DNA of 64,000 bases from an uncultured bacterium (GTDB taxonomy: Bacteria; Hydrothermota; UBA3073; NMUJ01; CBEVQO01), in contig CBEVQO010000004.1 of NCBI GenBank assembly GCA_965552055.1, positions 169,833 to 233,832 on the forward strand, written 5' to 3'. Shown here in pieces: positions 19,145 through 29,646 of the stretch. How positions within the stretch are numbered: position 1 is the first letter of the stretch; each line of letters begins with the position of its first letter. The notes below the pieces were generated by a model. It ran no database searches and was not told where the DNA came from. It saw only the letters and a list, made by a program, of their open reading frames with translations. The position numbers were made by a program, and so were the translations under genes.

Positions 19145-21718
19145 ATGAAGTCAAATGAATTTCGCAGAATATTTCTTGAATTTTTTAAAGAAAGGGGGCA
19201 CAAAATTTGTCCTTCTTCTCCTTTGATTCCCCGTGACCCCACGCTTTTATTCACATCGGCTGGTATGGTGCAGTTTAAACCTTTATGGTCAGGAGAATCT
19301 CCCCTTACATTCAGGCGAGCCACTTCCTGTCAGAAGTGCCTGAGAGCAACAGATTTGGAACAGGTAGGTTTTACTCCCCGTCATCTTACATTTTTTGAAA
19401 TGCTTGGTAATTTTTCTTTTGGTGATTATTTTAAACTGGAAGCGATAAAATGGGCTTGGGAATTCGTTACAGAAGTTATGAAACTTCCCAGAGATAGATT
19501 GTATATCTCTGTTTATGAAGAAGATGAAGAGGCATATAATATCTGGCGCGATGAGATAGGCATTTCTCCTGACAGGATTTATAAGTTTGGCAAAGAGGAT
19601 AATTTCTGGGGACCTGCGGGTGATACAGGACCTTGTGGTCCCTGCACTGAAATTTTTTACGACCTCGGAGAGGAGATAGACCCCGGTAAAACAATTGCAG
19701 ATGATAGTGATAGATATTTCGAAGTCTGGAATTTAGTTTTTCCTCAATATGATGCCCAGAAAGATGGTACATTAAAACCTTTGAAAAACAGGGGAGTTGA
19801 TACAGGTATGGGACTTGAGCGCGCACTTTGTGCAATGCAGGGTAAAAAAACAGTTTTTGAAACTGATGTTTTCGAACCAATAATTCAAAATATAGAAGAT
19901 GAAATAAAAATTAAATACTTTGAAAAAAGAAAAATGTTCAATATAATAGCCGACCATATAAGGGCTTTGACATTTGCCATTTCCGAAGGTGTATTTCCGG
20001 GCAATACCGGCAGGGAGTATGTGATTCGCAGGATATTGCGTCGTGCAGTAAAAGAATATTATGATGCAGGGATTAAGGGACCTTTGCTTTATAAGTTTGT
20101 AAAATCTGTGGTTGATGTTATGGGTGATGCTTATCCCGAAATAAAAGGGAAAGTTGAGAGTGTATCTCTTGTCATAAAAGCTGAAGAAAAGCGTTTTCTT
20201 GATACCCTCTCAAGGGGCAAAGTCATTTTCACTGTTATAAGCAATAGTTTGAAAGAAAAAGGCAAAAGAGAATTTCCGCCAGAAGAGGCATTTAAACTTT
20301 ATGATACCTATGGATTTCCTTTTGAATTAACAGAAGAATATGCGAAAAAGGAAGGTTTTGAAATTTCCCGCGAGAAATTTGAAAAATATCTTGAAAAACA
20401 AAGGGAACTTGCAAAGCGTTATGCGAAATTTAAAGCGGAAAAATTCGAGTGGAATATTTTGAAGGAAATCGAAAAAGATGAATTTGTGGGATACAATACT
20501 TTGAAAATAGAAAGCAGGATTTGTATGTGGCGTAAAGATGATAAAAAATACTATTTAATACTTGAAAGAACTCCGTTTTATGCAGAAGAAGGAGGGCAGG
20601 TTGGAGATACGGGCAGGATTTATAATGATGATATGGAATTTATCGTTGAGGATACGCAATATTTTGACAAATACAGGATGCATATCGGTATTTTGAAACA
20701 GGGGCAAATTACGGAAAGGGAAGTTATCTGTGAAGTTGATAAGGAGAGGCGTTTGTCGATTCAGCGCAATCACACTGCTACTCATTTATTGCAATCTGCG
20801 TTAAGAAAGGTTTTGGGCGAGCATGTTCATCAGGCAGGTTCACTTGTTGCACCGGATAGATTGAGATTCGATTTCACACATTTTTGCAAACTCGAAAAGT
20901 TTGAGGTTGATAAAATAAGAGAATTGGTTAATGAATGGATAATGCAGGATGTTGAAGTTTTAACTTATAATAAGAAATATTTTGATGCAATTGCAGAAGG
21001 TGCAATTGCTTTACCTGGAGCACAGTATGGAGAGATTGTAAGAGTTGTTGATATTAAAGGAATTTCAAAAGAATTATGTGGAGGTACTCATTGTAGAAGA
21101 ACAGGTGAAATTGGCTTTTTTGAAATAATAGAAGAAAGTGCAATACATGCAGGTGTTAGAAGAATTGTTGCTCTAACGGGATTTTCCTTTTTGAATTTTT
21201 ATCTTGACAATCAGCGGATTTTATTAAAATTGGCAAATATGATGGGTGTGGATGTTAATAATGTCCTTAAAAAAGTAGAGGGGGTCTTAAGTGAAAGAGA
21301 TTTGCTCGAAAAAAAGTTAAATGAAGTTATGCGCGAAATGATTAAGTATAAGGCAAATGAATTGAGGGAGAAAAGCAAAAAGGTAAATGGAGTTGAAGTT
21401 ATAATGTCTGAAGTATCTTTTGATGATATTGAATATGTGAGGTCTTTTGCTGATGTTTTGAGGAAAGAAAACAGTGTAGGAGTACTTGGATTTAAAAAGG
21501 GAAATAAACCTTCATTTATTGTTTTTGTAGGTGATAAATTGAAAGATAAGTTGAAAGCAGGTGATCTTGCTCGTGAACTGGGTAAGCTTGCAGGTGCAGG
21601 TGGAGGTGGCAAGCCCCACATGGCTCAGGCAGGCGGAGCAGTAGGAGCAGAGGTATCAAAAGTGTTGAAAGAATTTGAGAAAATAATAATTGATAAGATT
21701 AAAAAGTTAAATGTTTGA
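19145..21718 (+). CDS. alaS: Alanine--tRNA ligase
   Basis: DPTLLFTSAGM, FFEMLGNFSFGDYFK, GPCGPC, DTGMGLER, HTATHLL, LCGGTH, GGGGKP. Confidence 0.98.
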   Translation: MKSNEFRRIFLEFFKERGHKICPSSPLIPRDPTLLFTSAGMVQFKPLWSGESPLTFRRATSCQKCLRATDLEQVGFTPRHLTFFEMLGNFSFGDYFKLEAIKWAWEFVTEVMKLPRDRLYISVYEEDEEAYNIWRDEIGISPDRIYKFGKEDNFWGPAGDTGPCGPCTEIFYDLGEEIDPGKTIADDSDRYFEVWNLVFPQYDAQKDGTLKPLKNRGVDTGMGLERALCAMQGKKTVFETDVFEPIIQNIEDEIKIKYFEKRKMFNIIADHIRALTFAISEGVFPGNTGREYVIRRILRRAVKEYYDAGIKGPLLYKFVKSVVDVMGDAYPEIKGKVESVSLVIKAEEKRFLDTLSRGKVIFTVISNSLKEKGKREFPPEEAFKLYDTYGFPFELTEEYAKKEGFEISREKFEKYLEKQRELAKRYAKFKAEKFEWNILKEIEKDEFVGYNTLKIESRICMWRKDDKKYYLILERTPFYAEEGGQVGDTGRIYNDDMEFIVEDTQYFDKYRMHIGILKQGQITEREVICEVDKERRLSIQRNHTATHLLQSALRKVLGEHVHQAGSLVAPDRLRFDFTHFCKLEKFEVDKIRELVNEWIMQDVEVLTYNKKYFDAIAEGAIALPGAQYGEIVRVVDIKGISKELCGGTHCRRTGEIGFFEIIEESAIHAGVRRIVALTGFSFLNFYLDNQRILLKLANMMGVDVNNVLKKVEGVLSERDLLEKKLNEVMREMIKYKANELREKSKKVNGVEVIMSEVSFDDIEYVRSFADVLRKENSVGVLGFKKGNKPSFIVFVGDKLKDKLKAGDLARELGKLAGAGGGGKPHMAQAGGAVGAEVSKVLKEFEKIIIDKIKKLNV

Positions 21719-21839
21719 TTTTGAGAAATATTTTAAAGAGGAGATATTTGGCGTAAAGCATGAATTATGCATACAGAAGGTTTTCATGAAAAGAGATATT
21801 AGGAAATTGATTGAATTTGTAAATAAATAAGGGGGGTGT

Positions 21840-22847
21840 ATGCGTAAGTTGTTGTACTTGTTGTTGTGTGGTGTTTTGGCGACTGCATGTATAATCATAA
21901 TATCGGGGGAGCCAGAGGTTGCAGAAGTGCACTTGATGGGGTCTGTGCAATACGCTCCGGATTTCGATACATCCGGCAAGTTCTCGATACCAATAATAGC
22001 ACTGACAGAAGATGGTGATGTGATATCTTTGAAGTCCTCTAATGTGGCAATAATTGTAGATTCGGTTTCTCCTTCGGATGCATATTATGAAGTTACTGTG
22101 ACGAGCGTTAAAAATACATCTCCTACTTCTAAGAAAATCGCAGTAGGACTGTTGCTTGACTCAAGCGGAAGTATGGAATGGAATGATTCTTTAGAGCTTC
22201 GAAAAGATGCAGCTAAAGAGTTTATAAGAAAATTGTTAAATAATTCTACTTCGCATTTGTGCGGTGTGTTCGATTTTGCTGCAGGACACGGTGATGCGAA
22301 TAACGATGGAATAGATGACTATTATTTCAGAATAATATGCGATTATAGGAGCGTGAAGGATACCGTTGAGCTCTTTGGAGCAATTGAAAGTGTCACTGCA
22401 GAGGGCGGAACTCCTTTATACGACGCAATATGTTATTTGCTCGACCATACCAATAATAATGTATCCACTTCTTATGGGAGAGCAATTTTATGCTTAACGG
22501 ATGGAGAAGATAATGATAGTTACAATGATACTTCGGATGTTATTTCTAAATCTATTGATTATGGGATACCGGTTTATGGGGTTGGCCTTGGTGACACATC
22601 TGATATAGACTTTTCTGAATTTAAGGAAACCTGTGAGAGGACGGGAGGAGTATTTGCTTATGCAATTGATCCTGATGCTCTTGATAAAATATTTACTGCA
22701 ATGGGTACAGGACTCACAGAGGGCTATACATTAGTTGGAGCACAAATAAATCCGGTTCCAGAAGCAGGTCATATAATTTATTGTAGAATTGAAGTTAATT
22801 CGGGCGGTTCCTCTGCTTATGCTCATTTTGTAATTTACGCTCCTTAA
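21840..22847 (+). CDS. VWA-domain exported/lipoprotein
   Basis: DSSGS MIDAS motif, GGTPLYDAI, LTDGED; signal with LATAC. Confidence 0.85.
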   Translation: MRKLLYLLLCGVLATACIIIISGEPEVAEVHLMGSVQYAPDFDTSGKFSIPIIALTEDGDVISLKSSNVAIIVDSVSPSDAYYEVTVTSVKNTSPTSKKIAVGLLLDSSGSMEWNDSLELRKDAAKEFIRKLLNNSTSHLCGVFDFAAGHGDANNDGIDDYYFRIICDYRSVKDTVELFGAIESVTAEGGTPLYDAICYLLDHTNNNVSTSYGRAILCLTDGEDNDSYNDTSDVISKSIDYGIPVYGVGLGDTSDIDFSEFKETCERTGGVFAYAIDPDALDKIFTAMGTGLTEGYTLVGAQINPVPEAGHIIYCRIEVNSGGSSAYAHFVIYAP

Positions 22848-23464
22848 TGGTAGTACTTGCTATAGGAGCACATCCTGATGATATTGAATACGGCTGCGGT
22901 GGTAGCTTGTTAAAACATAAGTTCTTGCACAATCACAAAGTATATTTGCTCGTAATTACAAGGGGTGAGATGTCAGGTGGAGCAGAAGTACGGACCAGAG
23001 AGCAGGAAGATGCTGCACGCTTTTTAAAAGCAGATGGATTGTTCTGGGGAGGATTTAAAGATACAGAGATTCCCGAAGGTAAACCTTTGATAGAAAAAAT
23101 TGATGAGATAATATCCAAAGTAAAACCCGACTTAATTTATGTTAATTATCCGGACGATGCACATCAGGACCACAGAGCTGTTGCAAATGCAACAATAGCT
23201 GCCTGCAGATATTCGAAAAGAGTTTTATTCTATGAAGATTATACCACAAGAAATTTTGAGCCCAATGTATTTGTTGATATTGCAGATGTACTTGATAAAA
23301 AAATAGAATTGCTGAAAATTCATCGCTCACAGGTTGAGAAACCTTATCCTACGGGTCTTGATATGCTTGAGAGTGTGCATTCTATTGCCAGTTTTCGTGG
23401 CTTTCAGGGTAAGGTGAAATATGCAGAAGGTTTTGTAGCTTTGCGTTATCTTTTGCCAATTTGA
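22847..23464 (+). CDS. PIG-L/LmbE family deacetylase
   Basis: AHPDDIE.G.GG, HQDH. Confidence 0.9.
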   Translation: MVVLAIGAHPDDIEYGCGGSLLKHKFLHNHKVYLLVITRGEMSGGAEVRTREQEDAARFLKADGLFWGGFKDTEIPEGKPLIEKIDEIISKVKPDLIYVNYPDDAHQDHRAVANATIAACRYSKRVLFYEDYTTRNFEPNVFVDIADVLDKKIELLKIHRSQVEKPYPTGLDMLESVHSIASFRGFQGKVKYAEGFVALRYLLPI

Positions 23465-23465
23465 T

Positions 23466-23894
23466 ATGGAAAAGTGGATGAGAGAAGCGTTAAAGGAAGC
23501 TATTAAAGCGTTTCATGAAGGTGAAGTTCCTGTTGGTGCTGTTGTTATACACGAGGATAGAGTAATAGGGCGTGGTCATAATCAGGTTGAGCACTTAAAA
23601 GACCCCACGGCTCATGCAGAGATAATTGCTATAACTGCTGCTGCAAATACGCTCGGTGACTGGCGACTCGATGGATGTGAAATTTATGTTACAAAAGAAC
23701 CATGTCCTATGTGTGCAGGTGCTATAATGCTATCACGCATCAAAAAATGTGTGTTCGGGATAAAAGATGAGAAAATGGGAGCACTTTTGAGCCGTTATTC
23801 GATAAAAAGAGAAGACCTCGAAATTTATTATGGTGTGCTTGCAGATGATTGCTTAAACCTACTTCAGGAATTTTTCCGCAGACTACGGGTGTAA
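23466..23894 (+). CDS. tadA: tRNA adenosine(34) deaminase
   Basis: EVPVGAV, DPTAHAE, EPCPMCAGA, FFRRLR. Confidence 0.9.
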   Translation: MEKWMREALKEAIKAFHEGEVPVGAVVIHEDRVIGRGHNQVEHLKDPTAHAEIIAITAAANTLGDWRLDGCEIYVTKEPCPMCAGAIMLSRIKKCVFGIKDEKMGALLSRYSIKREDLEIYYGVLADDCLNLLQEFFRRLRV

Positions 23895-23896
23895 TA

Positions 23897-24589
23897 TTAT
23901 AAATAAGTTCGGTAAACTATTTTTATAGTGCGATTCGTTGTTTTCTCTGTATATTTTTTGGTGCAACTGAATAAATCTCTAAAAAGTAATTCGATTGATA
24001 TATCTTCGTATTTGAATCTTATCCCAAATGATAAGTATCCCGGGAATTCCATTTGTGGCTGATTTAGTCCCAAATAATATTCAGCGAGTAATGAAAATTC
24101 TTCCGTTACTTTAAGAGATACTCCTCCGAAGATATCAAAAGGATTTTGTCCTTTTTTAGTTTCTGTCAGGTTATAGTTTGCACCTGCGCCCCATGTGATT
24201 ATTTCTTTAAAGTCAGAGCCAGCAACAAGGTAAGCTCCTTTTGATTTGATAAAATATCCTTCATATTCTATTCCGTTTGCGCTGTGAGTTGCCCATTCTT
24301 CATGTCCCTGTATATCCAGTCCGATGGCTATTTTTGGTTTTTCCCACAATTTATATTTTATCTGAGTGCCAATCCTTGGATAAAAGCGTGGTTTACCATA
24401 TCCTATTATTTTTTCGCCACCATAAGAGACACCTATCAGGAAATTGTCAAGTATGCCGACATCTATATATCCAACGAGCCCGCCCTCAGGTTCTGCTCTT
24501 AATTTAACTTCTATCTGTGCTCTTTCAAGGGCATCAGGTGTGGGACAATCGATAAATTCGGTCATTGCTATAAAAATTAATGTAAGCAT
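23897..24589 (-). CDS. Putative outer-membrane beta-barrel protein (YjbH-like)
   Basis: FIDCPTP near the N-terminus, amphipathic strands, aromatic C-terminus. Confidence 0.55.
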   Translation of the reverse strand: MLTLIFIAMTEFIDCPTPDALERAQIEVKLRAEPEGGLVGYIDVGILDNFLIGVSYGGEKIIGYGKPRFYPRIGTQIKYKLWEKPKIAIGLDIQGHEEWATHSANGIEYEGYFIKSKGAYLVAGSDFKEIITWGAGANYNLTETKKGQNPFDIFGGVSLKVTEEFSLLAEYYLGLNQPQMEFPGYLSFGIRFKYEDISIELLFRDLFSCTKKYTEKTTNRTIKIVYRTYL

Positions 24590-24590
24590 T

Positions 24591-25928
24591 TTACCCCCCT
24601 GCTTCTTTTATAATGCGCCATAGTTCTTCGGCAGAATAGATAAAATTTAAGCACAGAAATAGGGTTATATCGGCAAATCCTCTGTATAATGTGGGATAAA
24701 TTATAAATGCGTCAAAATAGAGATTTTGACCCCATAAATATCTTATTCCAAGAGCAAATACATTATAACCCGTTACATCTGATTTTAGATTGTCGCAATC
24801 AAATTTTAATCTGTGTTCCCTTGAGTATTCAGCAATAAGAGTTATTGCGTTTGTAAGTGATATGTAGCCTGCGAGTCCTGCATCGAAGTTTAATGTCTTT
24901 TTTTCCTGTATATCATAACCATCTGTTACAATTTTTGTCCTGTGGTCATAAATTCCCAATTTTGCTAATGCTTTAATTTTGCCGAAATCCTTTTCGAATA
25001 TCACACCAAGTTCACCATACCTTGCTCCGAGATAAAATACATTTGTCGGAGAGACAGCACTTTCGTAATAAATACTTTCCCAGTGAATAAGGGGAGATAA
25101 TTTTCCAAAAAGAGCAATAGCCGGTATCATTTTGCCTTTTTCTTCCAGTAATTTTAATTTTAAAATTCCTCCTCCCATTGTAAATGTTTTGTAATATCTT
25201 TGTGGTAAGAATTTGCCTGCAGGTAAATTTGTTAGTTTTTCTTCAAAGAAAATGCCAGCTTCAGCGATATTGCCAAAACCTATCCTTAAATTTGTACAAC
25301 GCATAAAAGATGTAAAAGGATAAATTCCAGAAGATAAATCAAAAAACAAAAACCTATCTGTAACAGGATAAGCTCTTTCCGATAAAAATAATCGAGGTAA
25401 AGTTAATTGAGAAAACAAGTTAAAGGCTAAAAATAAAGCGATGATAAAACCCTTGCATTTTAATGCAATGCTAAATTTTTCTGCTTCTTTGAAAGTGCTT
25501 TTTAAAATCTGGGAGAAAATTTTAAAAAAAGGTAAATTTCTTTTTTGTAAAATAATCATTTTCTTTTTAAAATTTTCGGCAATTTTTAAAGATATTAAAG
25601 TGATGAAAGTAAAATTGTTTTTAAATTTTGTGAAATCTTTTTTCTTTAACAATAGTGATAAAGATATTGCGAATATTATCCAGAAGTAGATTTTTATGCT
25701 TTGAAGTAGAGCAGAAGTTAAATCTCCGGTATCGATAAAAATAAACATGAAATTAAAAAGTGGTATCGGACAAAAGATGATAGATGGTAATAAAAATTTT
25801 TTCCTGTGAAAGAAGGAAGAGACGAAAAAGATGAAGAAAAGACCAATAAGAGGTTGAAAAAAGAAAAGGGGGAGGGAGGGGAGGATTAAACTAAGATTTA
25901 TCTTCCTGTTCTTCCTTATATTCTTCAT
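24591..25928 (-). CDS. Hypothetical: EcfT-like membrane segment fused to a beta-barrel-like domain (start uncertain)
   Basis: Hydrophobic N-part ending EAEKFSIALKCKGF (EcfT A-x-A-M-x-x-RGF-like), then IIALFLAFNLFSQ and a strand-rich C-part. Confidence 0.5.
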   Translation of the reverse strand: MKNIRKNRKINLSLILPSLPLFFFQPLIGLFFIFFVSSFFHRKKFLLPSIIFCPIPLFNFMFIFIDTGDLTSALLQSIKIYFWIIFAISLSLLLKKKDFTKFKNNFTFITLISLKIAENFKKKMIILQKRNLPFFKIFSQILKSTFKEAEKFSIALKCKGFIIALFLAFNLFSQLTLPRLFLSERAYPVTDRFLFFDLSSGIYPFTSFMRCTNLRIGFGNIAEAGIFFEEKLTNLPAGKFLPQRYYKTFTMGGGILKLKLLEEKGKMIPAIALFGKLSPLIHWESIYYESAVSPTNVFYLGARYGELGVIFEKDFGKIKALAKLGIYDHRTKIVTDGYDIQEKKTLNFDAGLAGYISLTNAITLIAEYSREHRLKFDCDNLKSDVTGYNVFALGIRYLWGQNLYFDAFIIYPTLYRGFADITLFLCLNFIYSAEELWRIIKEAGG

Positions 25929-27510
25929 ATGCTCTTCTTTCCATTTCTTCATAATAACCTGTTTCTGATAAAATAACACTTCTTCTTTTTTCGTTTATTT
26001 CGATTACTTTTAGATTCAGGATATCTCCTATTGAGTATTTTGTGTGTATTTTTCTTGCTTTTTCTACCAGATGCGAATAAGGCACAAATCCTTCGACCTC
26101 AGGGACATCAGGAAATTCTATTATTACGCCTTTGTTGTGTATCCCTTTGATTCTGCCTTTAACAAGGTCTCCTATGGGATGTTTCCTCTGGAATTCTTTC
26201 AATGGGTCTTCTTTTAATTGTTTCAGTCCGAGTGATATTCTTCTGTTTTCTTTATCAACTTCGAGCACCTTACATTGTATAATTTCTCCTCTTTTTAATA
26301 TATCAGATGGGTGTTCGATTTTCTTTGTCCATGACATATCTTTTATGTGTAAGAGACCATCTACCCCGTCTTTCAATGTTATGAAAGCACCGAAATTCGT
26401 GAAATTCTTTACCTTGCCTTTTACCACAGAGCCTACGGGAAATTCTTTATCAACGGTTTCCCATGGGTCAGGTAAAGTTCTTTTTAAAGATAGTGCTATC
26501 TTTTCATTTTCCTTATCGACATTTAATACAACTACTTCGACTTCATCTCCTACTTTTACAGCCTGAGATGGATGCTTTATTTCTCCCCATGATAGTTCAG
26601 AGATATGTATAAGTCCTTCTACTCCTGGCTCAAGTTCAACGAATACTCCGTAATCTACAATTGATACAACTTTGCCTTTTACTTTTGAACCAACGGGATA
26701 TTTTTTATCAACATTTTTCCATGGATATTCCTGTAAATCTTTAATTGATAATGTTACTCTTTTAGATTCTTTATCGACCTCTTTTACTTTTACTTTTACT
26801 TTGTCTCCCACCTGCACAACTTCTGATGGATGGGTTACCCTACCCCAGCTCAGGTCAGATATATGGATGAGGCCCTCGAGTCCTCCGAGGTCAACGAACA
26901 CCCCGAAATCTGTTATGGTTTTTACAGTGCCCTCCCATACTTGTCCTGGTTCTATTTTTTCAAGTATTTCTTTGGCTTTCTTTTGAGCTTCTTCTTCGAG
27001 AAGTTCCCTTCTTGAAACTATGATATTTCTTTGTGCTCTATTTGCTTTTATTACTTTAAATCTGAATTTCTCACCGATTAGTTTATTAAGGTCTGTTACT
27101 GGTTTTATATCAGCGTGTGAGCCTGGCATGAATGCACGCACACCATCTATATCCACGATGGCTCCTCCTTTTACAATTTTTATCACCCTGCCCTCGACAG
27201 GAGTTCCTTCGGCGAATGCTTTTTCAATCTTATCCCATACTATCATCTGGTCTGCACGCTCCTTCGAGAGAACAGGTATGCCTGTTTCGGGTTCAATCCT
27301 TTCGATAAAGACCTTTATCTCGTTGCCTTCTTTCAGCTCTTCCTCTTTAAATTCGGTGATGGGAACAACTCCTTCTGCTTTATAGCCGATATCAACTATC
27401 ACTTCTTTTTCCGTTATCTTTACGATTTTGCCATCCACTATTTCGCCTTCTGATATTTTTCTCAGATATTTATCAACCGATGCAAGGAGGTCTTCTTTCT
27501 TTACTTCCAT
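25891..27510 (-). CDS. rpsA: 30S ribosomal protein S1
   Basis: Repeated S1 domains (GVFVDLGG..GLIHISDLSW); SD GGAGGTGAGG before ATG 27510. Confidence 0.97.
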   Translation of the reverse strand: MEVKKEDLLASVDKYLRKISEGEIVDGKIVKITEKEVIVDIGYKAEGVVPITEFKEEELKEGNEIKVFIERIEPETGIPVLSKERADQMIVWDKIEKAFAEGTPVEGRVIKIVKGGAIVDIDGVRAFMPGSHADIKPVTDLNKLIGEKFRFKVIKANRAQRNIIVSRRELLEEEAQKKAKEILEKIEPGQVWEGTVKTITDFGVFVDLGGLEGLIHISDLSWGRVTHPSEVVQVGDKVKVKVKEVDKESKRVTLSIKDLQEYPWKNVDKKYPVGSKVKGKVVSIVDYGVFVELEPGVEGLIHISELSWGEIKHPSQAVKVGDEVEVVVLNVDKENEKIALSLKRTLPDPWETVDKEFPVGSVVKGKVKNFTNFGAFITLKDGVDGLLHIKDMSWTKKIEHPSDILKRGEIIQCKVLEVDKENRRISLGLKQLKEDPLKEFQRKHPIGDLVKGRIKGIHNKGVIIEFPDVPEVEGFVPYSHLVEKARKIHTKYSIGDILNLKVIEINEKRRSVILSETGYYEEMERRAYEEYKEEQEDKS

Positions 27511-27566
27511 ACCCTCACCTCCTAATCTCTTAAAATAATGAAATATGGTTTTCGTCAAGTAAAAAT

Positions 27567-27911
27567 TTAAATTTCTTCAATCTCCTCAGGAGTGCCGTAA
27601 ACTTCTTCTAATTTTATCATCATTATTCTTGATACTCCTTTTGCCTCGAGGTCAATATCCACGGTTTTCAGCATATTTATCAGCTCTTTTCCTGCGTTTT
27701 TATTATCCGTTATTGCGAATATTACCTTTGAGAAGGGTCTTTCTCCCATACCGAGTCTTAATCCTGCGAAAATTGGCACCCTGTAAGCCAAAGCACGCTT
27801 CGTGCTCTCTGCATCCATGGTTATGGCGTCTTCAACTCCAAGCTCAAGCAAAGCTTCAAGAATATCATTTAAATATTCTTCACGATGAAGGATTATTATC
27901 AAAAGATACAT
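27567..27911 (-). CDS. PII-like small protein
   Basis: 114 aa; LLIIILHREEYLNDILEAL..LGV..AIT, PIFAGLR loop, KVIFAI; ferredoxin-like PII pattern. Confidence 0.65.
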   Translation of the reverse strand: MYLLIIILHREEYLNDILEALLELGVEDAITMDAESTKRALAYRVPIFAGLRLGMGERPFSKVIFAITDNKNAGKELINMLKTVDIDLEAKGVSRIMMIKLEEVYGTPEEIEEI

Positions 27912-28429
27912 TACTCCTCCTGTTTGTAAATAATCCTTCCTTTTTTCATCTTTACTTTTACTTCTTCTGGTGCGATTCCATCGAAGTCAGCTATCACTTT
28001 TATTATATCGTCTTCGGATGTTGCCTTCTTCAATGCTTCTCTCATTATTTTTGATTTCAGTAATCTTGCTATTTTTGCAACTGTTTGTATGTATTCCTTT
28101 CTTGCTTTCTCCGGTGCAAGAATCATAAAAATCACATACACAGGTTTACCATCGAGTGCTTCAAAATCGACCCCCTTTCTGGATATCCCAAGTGCTACCT
28201 TAAGTTCTTTTACTTCAGAAGACCTGCAGTGAGGAATCGCTATACCTTCGCCAATAGCAGTAGATTCAATTTGCTCCCTTTGCATAACAGCATCTATCAC
28301 TTTCCTTTTATCTCCTATGACCCCCTTTTTCTCAAACAATTCGACCATTTCTTTTATTATGTCTTCTTTTTTTGTTGATTCTATTTCGAGTTTGATCAAA
28401 TCCCCATCTATTAAGTCACTTAACAACAT
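27911..28429 (-). CDS. PTS EIIA (Ntr/fructose-type) protein
   Basis: REQIESTAIGEGIAIPHCR (phospho-His motif), GVDFEALDGKPV. Confidence 0.9.
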   Translation of the reverse strand: MLLSDLIDGDLIKLEIESTKKEDIIKEMVELFEKKGVIGDKRKVIDAVMQREQIESTAIGEGIAIPHCRSSEVKELKVALGISRKGVDFEALDGKPVYVIFMILAPEKARKEYIQTVAKIARLLKSKIMREALKKATSEDDIIKVIADFDGIAPEEVKVKMKKGRIIYKQEE

Positions 28430-28440
28430 CTCCCCCTCCT

Positions 28441-29646
28441 TTAATATATCTCTTTTTTGGTTTTGTCAATTCTTTTTACCTCTCCTGCTTTTTTAATTGC
28501 CCATTTTGTGAGTATGGGACCTACGAATTCCGTTACTATTGTTGTCCCAAGTGCTATTGCTATTATTGTATCTCCAACCTGTGGAAATTCTTTTGCTGCG
28601 TAAAGGCATAGACCTATTGCTATCCCTGCCTGTGAAAATAATCCAAAGCCCGTGTATTTGCGAAGAACAGCAGGCGCTTTTCCAATAACTGCACCAAAAA
28701 ATGCACCAAAGATTTTACCGCTGAATCTACAAAGTAAGTAAACAAGAGCAACGAGACCCAGTTTCATCAACAGATGAATATTCAGGCGCGCACCAGCAAG
28801 CACAAAATAAATTACATAAAAGGGAAGTGAGAAATTTTCAAAAACAGTGAAAACAGTTCCCCTGCGTACAGAATAATTTGAGACTATAAATCCGAGCATC
28901 ATTGCACATAAAAGAGGAGAAAAGCGAATACCCCATGGTTTAGTCTGCAATAAGCCAGAAAACAACATTATGGTGCCGATTGTGACAACAAGAACATTTA
29001 ATGGGTCTTTTACTTTTCTTAAAATAAAAAGAAGTAAAATCCCGGAGAGCCATCCTGTAAAAAGCGAGAAGAATATCCCCGCTATAATTTTTAATAGTAA
29101 AATTCCGAAAGATATTTTCAATTTATCAAAAGCAATATGTGCGATTGATGCAGAAATCGAATAGAGCATGAGACCTATTGCGTCATCCATACCGACGCAG
29201 GCAAGGAGAGTTTGGGTTAAAGGACCTGATGCCCTGTATTCCGCGAGCACCATAACGGTTACTGCAGGAGCAGTTGCGCAGCCAATAGCCGCAATTAAAA
29301 GCGAAAGCGGTAAAGATAAATGGAGCAAAAACATACCAATAAAGAGGAATAAAAATGTAAATAATGTCTCAAAAATTATTATTAAAATTAAAGGTTTACC
29401 AAGTCTTTTAAAAGTCGAAATCTTCAATTCCATTCCGACATTGAATGCAACAAGCAAAAGAGCGAATTCAATGAGCCATGTTAATTCAAGGTTCAATTCA
29501 AGTGGAATTAATTTTAAGAAAGATACACCAAAAGCAAGTCCAATTAGAATATATCCCGTTACCGTTGGAAATTTTAATTTAGAAATAAATTTGCCAGCGA
29601 AAAATCCAAAGAATAATATTATACCTATTGCAAGAATTTCACTCAT
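28441..29646 (-). CDS. Cation:proton antiporter (CPA family)
   Basis: Multi-TM; PTVTGY, ATAPA, GMDD, SQAGIAIGL. Confidence 0.9.
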   Translation of the reverse strand: MSEILAIGIILFFGFFAGKFISKLKFPTVTGYILIGLAFGVSFLKLIPLELNLELTWLIEFALLLVAFNVGMELKISTFKRLGKPLILIIIFETLFTFLFLFIGMFLLHLSLPLSLLIAAIGCATAPAVTVMVLAEYRASGPLTQTLLACVGMDDAIGLMLYSISASIAHIAFDKLKISFGILLLKIIAGIFFSLFTGWLSGILLLFILRKVKDPLNVLVVTIGTIMLFSGLLQTKPWGIRFSPLLCAMMLGFIVSNYSVRRGTVFTVFENFSLPFYVIYFVLAGARLNIHLLMKLGLVALVYLLCRFSGKIFGAFFGAVIGKAPAVLRKYTGFGLFSQAGIAIGLCLYAAKEFPQVGDTIIAIALGTTIVTEFVGPILTKWAIKKAGEVKRIDKTKKEIY

